Source: a virus. Taken from it: a stretch of DNA of 38,580 bases. The position numbers and the translations under genes are program-made. The stretch covers positions 1 to 38,580 of the IMG/VR virus record IMGVR_UViG_3300045988_075530, one strand, 5' to 3'. The notes below the pieces were generated by a model. The model had not been told where the DNA came from, ran no database searches, and saw nothing but the letters and a program-made list of their open reading frames with translations. Positions 31,954-38,236 of the stretch are shown here, piece after piece; position 1 is the stretch's first letter, and every line of letters begins with the position of its first letter.

Positions 31954-32193
31954 ATGCAAAAATTCAATAAAAGGAGAAAACTAGATAGATTCTTAGCCAC
32001 TTTGCCTGAGGGCATGGTTTTTAAGTCAAATAATGAGTTTAGGATAAAAATGCCAAACGGATATATTAGTATTGGATATTATTACCATGATTATCATGCA
32101 TTTGGGGGACATCGTAATTCTGAATACAATACTATACAAGAAAACATAGATGCAGTAAAAGAACTTATTGACAAATACGGTAAAGGGGAGTAG
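31954..32193 (+). CDS. Hypothetical protein (79 aa)
   Basis: ATG 31954 lies 7 nt after aaaggggga. The track start at 31936 lacks an SD. Confidence 0.6.
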   Translation: MQKFNKRRKLDRFLATLPEGMVFKSNNEFRIKMPNGYISIGYYYHDYHAFGGHRNSEYNTIQENIDAVKELIDKYGKGE

Positions 32194-32290
32194 GATATAG
32201 ATAAGGTTTTTAATAGCTCCATTTTGGGATGTAAATGTTAGCTTAGTTTTGTACCTTAAAAACATTAATAGTTCCATTCTGGAAGGCAAA

Positions 32291-32316
32291 GCACTTGTTT
32301 CGACAGGTGCTTTTTT
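32291..32316 (+). terminator. Terminator of the rightward accessory operon
   Basis: Stem gcacttgt / acaggtgc is followed by tttttt. Confidence 0.65.
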
Positions 32317-32325
32317 ATTATCTTG

Positions 32326-32365
32326 AGGAAAAAAGAAAAGAGAGAAGAATTGATTCTTCTCTCTT
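32326..32365 (-). terminator. Terminator of the leftward DUF4352-like gene
   Basis: Stem gagagaagaa / ttcttctctc with loop ttga. The minus-strand reading is followed by a T-rich run. Confidence 0.7.
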
Positions 32366-32390
32366 GTTGGTTGTCCTATTAGTGGACTAA

Positions 32391-33029
32391 TTATTTTAAA
32401 TTAATAGTTATCTTCTTGTCTGTCCAGAACGAAGCACTATATTCTAAAATCACTTTCTTTGCATCTTTTGGTACTTCGTAGTATGCCGTAAAGCTTACGT
32501 TCTTTCCCGGAGACAAATTAGTGTTAACAAAATCACTGTTTCCTATGTATTGCTGTTCGCAAGCTGAATTGTCCGCATAGCATTCGCAATCAGATACAGA
32601 CACATATTTGTCGCCTTTTTCTGCAATATTTTCACAAGTAAAGTCTACAGCTACATATTCACATCCATCTTTTGGAGTAAAGTACTCTCCACCATCATAT
32701 CCAAATTCAGCCTTTTTAGCAGTTACTTTTAAACCGTCATTCTCAAAAGATTCTCCAACCTTTACGCTGTCTTTCTCTTTTGTTTCTTCCTTTTTAGCAG
32801 TTTCTTTTTTGGCCGCTGTTGTTGCGGTGGTACTCTTTGAAGAATCAGTGGAAGAACTGTCATCGTCACCACCACCCATTGCCATTCCTAAAACAGCCAG
32901 AACGATGATAATGATAACTACCCATTTCAACTTGCCGCCCTGTTTCTTCTGGCAATGAGGACACACTTTAGCTTTTGCGTCAATTTCTTCTTTGCAGTAC
33001 TTACAAACTTTAGTTTTTTCTTTGCTCAT
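32391..33029 (-). CDS. Zinc-ribbon / TM / DUF4352-like (Ig-like) membrane-anchored protein; moron
   Basis: ATG 33029 follows aaaaaaggag. It has CKYCKEEIDAKAKVCPHCQ, the TM segment WVVIIIIVLAVLGMAMG, an S/T/K/E linker and a beta-rich C-terminal domain. Confidence 0.8.
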   Translation of the reverse strand: MSKEKTKVCKYCKEEIDAKAKVCPHCQKKQGGKLKWVVIIIIVLAVLGMAMGGGDDDSSSTDSSKSTTATTAAKKETAKKEETKEKDSVKVGESFENDGLKVTAKKAEFGYDGGEYFTPKDGCEYVAVDFTCENIAEKGDKYVSVSDCECYADNSACEQQYIGNSDFVNTNLSPGKNVSFTAYYEVPKDAKKVILEYSASFWTDKKITINLK

Positions 33030-33074
33030 ATTTTCTGCTCCTTTTTTATTTATTATATTAATAATTTGGGTAAA

Positions 33075-33103
33075 ATTATACAGGATATTTATGATTTTAG
33101 CAA
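33075..33103 (-). promoter_or_regulatory. Sigma-A promoter (TTGCTA-17-TATAAT) for the DUF4352-like gene
   Basis: Read on the minus strand: cttgctaaaatcataaatatcctgtataat. Confidence 0.65.
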
Positions 33104-33152
33104 GCATAAATGTAAATTTTATATCATATAATTAAACAAAAACAGAAAATAC

Positions 33153-33181
33153 TTGATAATAGAGAACTAATGTTCTATAAT
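33153..33181 (+). promoter_or_regulatory. Sigma-A promoter (TTGATA-17-TATAAT) with a palindromic operator, pointing into the 3' end of the CI-like gene
   Basis: ttgataatagagaactaatgttctataat. The palindrome tagagaac-taat-gttctata overlaps the spacer and -10. Confidence 0.65.
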
Positions 33182-33198
33182 ATAGAGGGAGGGATACT

Positions 33199-33315
33199 AT
33201 GGAAGAAAGAAAAAAAGAAGAGATTCTAAAAGAAATTTTTACTCTCTTAGAACCTCTCCCTAAATTAAAATTAATAAAGATTTTAGTTTACGTCAAAGTA
33301 CTGTTTTACTCCTGA
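33199..33315 (+). CDS. Possible 38-aa peptide (MEERKKEEILKEIFTLLEPLPKLKLIKILVYVKVLFYS)
   Basis: SD gagggaggg lies 5 nt before the ATG. Its 3' end overlaps the CI-like gene convergently by 10 nt. Confidence 0.3.
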   Translation: MEERKKEEILKEIFTLLEPLPKLKLIKILVYVKVLFYS

Positions 33316-33665
33316 GTCGAAGCTAAAAAATCTATTAATTTGCTGACGGTCAACTTGTTTTCCTCATTAAGTTGACCGTATCTTTTCAAAAGGTTGGCTT
33401 CTTGCGTTGCTTTCAAAATGGCAGAGTTTTCAGTTTCGTCCTTGTCTTCCTCGTCCCAACCCGTAAGCGTTGCTGGGGCAATGCTTAAAGCGTCAGCAAT
33501 TTTTTTAATCATTTCGGCATCTACACGCTTGATACTTCCAGCTTCATACTTCTGCACAGTAGCCTCGGTTATTCCTATTTTCCCACCAAGTTCCCTGAGC
33601 GTCATTCTTTTCTTTTCCCTGTAAAACCTAATGTTATTTCCAACCTTTGTTGTAAAATCGCTCAT
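33306..33665 (-). CDS. CI-like XRE-family repressor
   Basis: IRFYREKKRMTLRELGGKIGITEATVQKYEAGS. It is divergent from the cro-like gene across an operator-containing region. Confidence 0.85.
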   Translation of the reverse strand: MSDFTTKVGNNIRFYREKKRMTLRELGGKIGITEATVQKYEAGSIKRVDAEMIKKIADALSIAPATLTGWDEEDKDETENSAILKATQEANLLKRYGQLNEENKLTVSKLIDFLASTQE

Positions 33666-33696
33666 TTCTTAATTCACCTCCTTTCGTATATATACT

Positions 33697-33779
33697 ATCA
33701 TATTATGAAAGAAAATCAATACAAAAATAAAAAAAACTTTCACAATATGCTTGACAACTTTCATAATATGATATATAAT
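33697..33779. promoter_or_regulatory. Lysis-lysogeny switch: divergent promoters with three TCATA-N-TATGA-type operators
   Basis: 33697-33711 (atcatattatgaaag) is the exact reverse complement of 33758-33772. A degenerate third site lies at 33737-33750. PR is TTGACA(33751)-17-TATAAT(33774). Confidence 0.75.
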
Positions 33780-33828
33780 CTATCATGTAAGGAAAAACAA
33801 AGCACCGAAAACCGAAAGGAGGCGCAAG

Positions 33829-34029
33829 ATGAATCTTTCCAAGTTAAGAGGAATGATTGCGGAAAAAGGGCAGACTTATAAAGGATGTGCTGCCGCAATT
33901 CATGTTAGCCCACAGACATTTACAAAAAAAATGCGCGGCGCGACAATATTCGACATTGAAGAGGCTAATAATTTAGGTGATTTTCTTGAAATGACAGGAA
34001 AGGAAAAAATAGATATTTTTTTATCCTAA
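33829..34029 (+). CDS. Cro-like small regulator
   Basis: First gene of the rightward operon, 66 aa, SD aaaggagg. Confidence 0.5.
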   Translation: MNLSKLRGMIAEKGQTYKGCAAAIHVSPQTFTKKMRGATIFDIEEANNLGDFLEMTGKEKIDIFLS

Positions 34030-34081
34030 AACTATCATGATAAGAAAGTGATTTATCATAATAAGAAAGGATGGTGACTAG

Positions 34082-34780
34082 ATGAAAAATATTCAAATCT
34101 TCGAAAACAATGAGTTCGGTTCAATTCGGACTCAGATAATTAATGACGAACCGTACTTCTGCTTAGCGGATGTTTGCCACGCATTGGACCTTGAACAACC
34201 TAGCAGAGTCAAATCAAGGTTAAAACCCGATGGGGTTACTACTGGTATGGTCATCGACAGCGTGGGCAGGAGACAAAATGCAAACTTTGTGAATGAACTC
34301 AACCTTTACAAAGTAATCTTCCAGAGCCGCAAAGAAAGTGCAGAACGCTTTACTGACTGGGTAGCCGGAGAAGTTCTTCCATCCATCAGAAAGACAGGAA
34401 GCTACCAGAAACAGTTATCCCCTCAGGAAATGATGCGTATTCAGTTAGGCATGATAGACGACCACGAAGACCGCATAAAGAACCTTGAGAGTAACATGGT
34501 AATTGACTATGGGCAACAGCAAACACTGCGACAGCACGTCAATAAAGCTGTTTTAAATGCATTAGGTGGCAAGGACACAGAAGCATATGCATATATCAGC
34601 AAAGTTGTATTCGCAGAGTGTAACAGGGATTTGCAAGACAGATTTAAAGTTAACAGCCGAAACAATATCCCTCGCAAACGCTATGAGGAAGCTATTGACT
34701 ATGTAGACAACTGGGAACCGAAAACAAACACAAAGTTAAGAATTGACGAATATAACCGTCAACAGAGATTCGAGGTGTAA
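34082..34780 (+). CDS. Antirepressor (Bro-N / ORF6N N-terminal domain with a KilAC/ORF6C-like C-terminus)
   Basis: IQIFENNEFGSIRTQIINDEPYFCLADVCHALDL is a typical Bro-N start. Confidence 0.85.
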   Translation: MKNIQIFENNEFGSIRTQIINDEPYFCLADVCHALDLEQPSRVKSRLKPDGVTTGMVIDSVGRRQNANFVNELNLYKVIFQSRKESAERFTDWVAGEVLPSIRKTGSYQKQLSPQEMMRIQLGMIDDHEDRIKNLESNMVIDYGQQQTLRQHVNKAVLNALGGKDTEAYAYISKVVFAECNRDLQDRFKVNSRNNIPRKRYEEAIDYVDNWEPKTNTKLRIDEYNRQQRFEV

Positions 34781-34782
34781 AG

Positions 34783-35016
34783 ATGGAAGTAGGAGATATA
34801 AGGGTGATGCTTGCAATAGCAAGAAAAGCACGTGGAATCACCCAGAAAGAACTGGCTGAAAGATGTGGACTAGCCGAAGTTACGATCAGGAAATACGAAG
34901 CAGGCGAACGTTTCCCAAAAGCGGAAAACTTGAAACGCATCACTAAGGAGCTGGGCGTGAAAATAGTTGTGATACCCGAAAAGGAGTTAGGAGGTAAAGA
35001 TGAAAGCCATATATAA
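34783..35016 (+). CDS. XRE-type HTH protein (77 aa)
   Basis: ARKARGITQKELAERCGLAEVTIRKYEAGER. Confidence 0.75.
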   Translation: MEVGDIRVMLAIARKARGITQKELAERCGLAEVTIRKYEAGERFPKAENLKRITKELGVKIVVIPEKELGGKDESHI

Positions 35017-35143
35017 TTTGCTGACCATCGTGTCAGTAGCATTGATTATCTGGATCTCGTCTAGTTGGGTTGGTGTGGTAACACATACCGCCGGAAAAGA
35101 TTATAGCAATTATAATTTTTTCGTGATGTTAGGGGGTGAATAA
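35000..35143 (+). CDS. Small membrane peptide candidate (47 aa)
   Basis: SD ggaggt is present. Translation is MKAIYNLLTIVSVALIIWISSSWVGVV... It is below the track cutoff. Confidence 0.4.
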   Translation: MKAIYNLLTIVSVALIIWISSSWVGVVTHTAGKDYSNYNFFVMLGGE

Positions 35144-35147
35144 AAAA

Positions 35148-35294
35148 ATGAATGAGCCTCCAAGAAAAGAGTATGTTATTAGATTACTCTACACCCTCTT
35201 AGGACGACAACAAGGTGTAGAGTATGACAAAGTATTCTACACTGATAAAGACGGTGTAGAGCATGAGGTAAAAAAGGAAGAGCCCTACCATTAA
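35148..35294 (+). CDS. Small hypothetical protein (48 aa)
   Basis: Translation is MNEPPRKEYVIRLLYTLLGRQQGVEYDKVFYTDKDGVEHEVKKEEPYH. It is below the track cutoff. Confidence 0.4.
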   Translation: MNEPPRKEYVIRLLYTLLGRQQGVEYDKVFYTDKDGVEHEVKKEEPYH

Positions 35295-35363
35295 GCTCTT
35301 ACGATAAATCATACAAGTAAATCATACAAAAGACTTGGCAATTTGTCAAGATGGGAGGTAGAC

Positions 35364-36158
35364 ATGGCATACATCGTTATTCAAGATTGGATGATAACAA
35401 ATTTGCAGTTAAAGGGGAATGAACTCCTCACATATGCCCTTATTTACGGCTTTTCGCAGGATGGCGAATCAGAATTTAAAGGGTCATTGAAATATATTTC
35501 CGAATTTCTTGGCGTGTCAAAAAGAACTGCACAAAGAAGCATTGAAAATCTTGTAGACCGAGGAATAGTTGAAAAGAGAGTAGAGGAGATTAGCGGCGTG
35601 AAATTTAACCGTTATATGGCTCATGAAAAAGCTGACACCCCTATAGACAAAATGACCACAGGGTATAGTCAAAATGACCACGGGGGTATAGTCAAAATGA
35701 CCATGGGGTATAGCCAAAATGACCATGGGGGTATAGTCAAAATGACCACCAATAATACTAATATATATAATACTAATAATAATACTAGTAATAATACTAA
35801 AGATAAAGGCGCGCCCGCAAAGAAAGAACCAGAACAGTACTTTGAGGACGAAGAGCTAAATGATAAGTTTTTGGAATTTCTTGCCATGCGTAAGAGGGTT
35901 AGAAAACCAGTCCAGACAGATAGAGGAATGAAAATGTTACTCACAAGTTTGCACAAATTATCTGGCGGTGATGTTGAACTGATGAAACAGATTATAGACC
36001 AGTCACTCGATAATGAGTGGAAAAAGTTTGTTGCGGTAAAAACAGGAAATGACAGGAAGAACAACATTAACAACCGACTATATGACGATATACAGCACTG
36101 GGCAGCGCAAAAAGAACAGGAGGGAGGCGGAATGTATGACGATTTCGGAGTTCTCTAA
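35364..36158 (+). CDS. Replication initiator / replisome organizer (N-terminal winged HTH) containing the origin iterons
   Basis: ATG 35364 follows gggaggt. It has LKYISEFLGVSKRTAQRSIENLVDRGIVEK. Internal iterons and an AT-rich tract encode the linker. Confidence 0.7.
   Translation: MAYIVIQDWMITNLQLKGNELLTYALIYGFSQDGESEFKGSLKYISEFLGVSKRTAQRSIENLVDRGIVEKRVEEISGVKFNRYMAHEKADTPIDKMTTGYSQNDHGGIVKMTMGYSQNDHGGIVKMTTNNTNIYNTNNNTSNNTKDKGAPAKKEPEQYFEDEELNDKFLEFLAMRKRVRKPVQTDRGMKMLLTSLHKLSGGDVELMKQIIDQSLDNEWKKFVAVKTGNDRKNNINNRLYDDIQHWAAQKEQEGGGMYDDFGVL
35642..35750 (+). repeat. Five direct 22-23-bp iterons (tatagtcaaaatgaccacggggg-type) followed by an AT-rich tract at 35751-35810: candidate ori
   Basis: Units start at 35642, 35664, 35687, 35709 and 35732. 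Confidence 0.8.
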
Positions 36159-36795
36159 AATTGTAGCCGCATTAAAGACCGTTTATACGTCTCCGGGATT
36201 TATTCCCAACGAGCCAGCGTTGGATATGTGGTACCGCCTGGTAGGTAAAAATAACGACTACCAGACAATAAGCGTAGCGGCACAGATGTACATGACAACC
36301 GGCAAGTTTCCACCGACACCAGCAGATATTTTGGAGTGTGCCAGCAAGCTCAAGGCAGAAAGCAGCTACCTGAGCGAGCAGGAAGCGTGGGCAACAGTTA
36401 CAAAGGCGTGCAGTAATGGGATTTACGGTTACAGAGAGGAGTTTAATAAACTGCCTCCTACGTTGCAAAAGGCGGTAGGAACGCCACAAACGCTCCATGA
36501 CTGGGCAGTAGTAGATTCAGCGGACTTTCAGACAGTCATACAGTCAAATTTTCTCAGAAGCTACAGAGCGGCGTTAGAAGCGCAAAAGGAGATAGACAAG
36601 TACCCGCCGAAGCTCCGAGAAATGATAAGAGCGGCGGGAACGATAGAGCGGAAAGAAACAGTACCAGAACTACCCACACTGGGAGAAATAGTTGGGCGGT
36701 TAGAGCAGGATAATAAAAATTATACCCCGGAACAGTGCGAGGGAGTGTTGGGGGATTGGATAGCAGAAAAGAAGGAGAGATTAGGTTATGAATAA
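36136..36795 (+). CDS. G39P-like helicase loader / replication accessory protein candidate
   Basis: ATG 36136 follows aggagggagg. FSKIVAALKTVYTS...MWYRLVGKNNDYQTISVAAQMYMTTGKFPPTPADIL resembles the SPP1 G39P N-terminal pattern. Confidence 0.5.
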   Translation: MTISEFSKIVAALKTVYTSPGFIPNEPALDMWYRLVGKNNDYQTISVAAQMYMTTGKFPPTPADILECASKLKAESSYLSEQEAWATVTKACSNGIYGYREEFNKLPPTLQKAVGTPQTLHDWAVVDSADFQTVIQSNFLRSYRAALEAQKEIDKYPPKLREMIRAAGTIERKETVPELPTLGEIVGRLEQDNKNYTPEQCEGVLGDWIAEKKERLGYE

Positions 36796-37069
36796 CACAA
36801 TGATTAGCGTAAACGGCTTTGCGAAAAGAGAGTATGAGGACGTCTTAGAGAAAAAAGGTGTGATTCCTGCAAGTGTTGTAATCACAGTCGAGGACAAGGC
36901 GATTGCAAGAACTATTTTAGAGCTATTTAAAGACAAGGTACAAAAAACAGGCGTTTTGCGGATGAAAGAAATTGAAGCTTTTGCCCGCGGCTACAACGAA
37001 TTGAGCAAAAGCATTGAAACGGCATGGGGAGAAGAAAGCGAGGAGAAACATGGCGGAGTGGTACGTTGA
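36788..37069 (+). CDS. Hypothetical protein (93 aa)
   Basis: Overlaps the previous stop, in an operon context. Confidence 0.55.
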   Translation: MNNTMISVNGFAKREYEDVLEKKGVIPASVVITVEDKAIARTILELFKDKVQKTGVLRMKEIEAFARGYNELSKSIETAWGEESEEKHGGVVR

Positions 37070-37202
37070 CCCAGTCAGGGAATACCTAAAAAGACAGCAC
37101 CTTGAGGCAGAATATGAGTACAGAACAGCACACAAAGCAATCAAACGAGGTGCGGCGAACTACAGCGAATACGAGAGATATGAGGAGGAATTAGAGCAAT
37201 GA
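37050..37202 (+). CDS. Small hypothetical protein (50 aa)
   Basis: ATG 37050 follows gaggag. Translation begins MAEWYVDPVREYLKRQHLEAEYEY... Confidence 0.45.
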   Translation: MAEWYVDPVREYLKRQHLEAEYEYRTAHKAIKRGAANYSEYERYEEELEQ

Positions 37203-37660
37203 CACTATACGAGATTGACAGTGCAATTATGGATTGCGTAGACGAGGAGACAGGAGAAATTATTGACCTTGAAAAACTTGAGGCTCTCAACATCGAGAGA
37301 GACAAAAAGGTGGAGGGAATCGCACTGGCAGTAAAGAATTATGCTGCAGAAGCAAAGGCAATCAAAGAGGAGGAAGAAAAGCTTGCGAAACGCCGTAGAA
37401 GTTGCGAGAACGCCGCACAGAGGTGCAAGGACTATCTGTCCCATGCTCTTGACGGTGAAAAGCTCAAAACGGCAAGAGTAAGCGTGTCATACAGAAACAG
37501 CGAGTCTGTGACCATTGACGACTTAGGCAGCCTGGCAGAGGAATACATCAGGATTCCAGAGCCACAGGCGGACAAGACAGCGATTAAAAAGGCGATTAAA
37601 GCCGGGAAAGAGGTCACAGGGGCACACATTGAGACTTCTAAAAGCGTGATTGTGAGGTAA
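37199..37660 (+). CDS. Siphovirus Gp157-like protein
   Basis: LYEIDSAIMDCVDEETGEI..LEKLEAL..ERDKKVEGIALAVKN is the typical N-terminus of this family. It lies directly upstream of ERF. Confidence 0.6.
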   Translation: MTLYEIDSAIMDCVDEETGEIIDLEKLEALNIERDKKVEGIALAVKNYAAEAKAIKEEEEKLAKRRRSCENAAQRCKDYLSHALDGEKLKTARVSVSYRNSESVTIDDLGSLAEEYIRIPEPQADKTAIKKAIKAGKEVTGAHIETSKSVIVR

Positions 37661-37665
37661 GAAAG

Positions 37666-38235
37666 ATGGGGAATATTCACAAAAAGTTGCAAAAAATTCA
37701 GGCAGAATTAAAGGTGCCCAAGAGTAAATACAGTGAGTATGGTGACTATAGCTACAGGAGCTTAGAGGACATCTACGAGGCAGTAAAGCCTTTATTGGAC
37801 AGGGAAGGCTTAATATTAGCTGTAAATGACGAAATTATTATGTTAGGCAACCGATTTTACATAAAGGCGACAGCAATTTTAAAAGACATAGAAAGTGAGG
37901 GCAGTTTTTGCACTACAGCATACGCCAGAGAGGAAGAAAGCAAAAAAAAGATGGACGCAGCACAAGTTACCGGGTCAGCATCGAGCTACGCGAGAAAATA
38001 CGCGTTAAATAGCTTGTTTCTTCTGGATGACTCGAAAGACGCGGATACAGACGAATACAAACGCAACGAGGTTATCACAGAGAAAGAAGCAAAACGGCTC
38101 TATGATTTGATGCAAAAAAAGGGAATGACGGAAGCCCAAATTAAAGAATGGGCAAGTCAAAGAGGCTTAAAATCATTGTATCAGACGACACAACAACAAT
38201 ATGCCGAAGCCATGAAGGAATTAGGACTAAAATAG
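37666..38235 (+). CDS. erf: ERF-family single-strand annealing protein
   Basis: KLQKIQAELKVPKSKYSEYGDYSYRSLEDIYEAVKPLL and AQVTGSASSYARKYALNSLFLLDD are ERF hallmarks. Confidence 0.8.
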   Translation: MGNIHKKLQKIQAELKVPKSKYSEYGDYSYRSLEDIYEAVKPLLDREGLILAVNDEIIMLGNRFYIKATAILKDIESEGSFCTTAYAREEESKKKMDAAQVTGSASSYARKYALNSLFLLDDSKDADTDEYKRNEVITEKEAKRLYDLMQKKGMTEAQIKEWASQRGLKSLYQTTQQQYAEAMKELGLK

Positions 38236-38236
38236 C

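Noticed and set aside
35669-36073. 134-aa minus-strand ORF opposite the replication initiator.
   Set aside because: It is a repeat- and AT-tract-driven open frame (LLLVLLLVL...) antisense to the iteron region, with no translation signals.
36049-36135. Upstream extension of the G39P-like gene (track start 36049), and similar long 5' extensions at 1365, 4882, 8491, 12484, 12828, 23681, 33107 and 37014.
   Set aside because: The extensions overlap the preceding genes. Internal ATG or GTG codons with proper SD sites and ATGA/TAATG coupling give the usual compact phage gene spacing.
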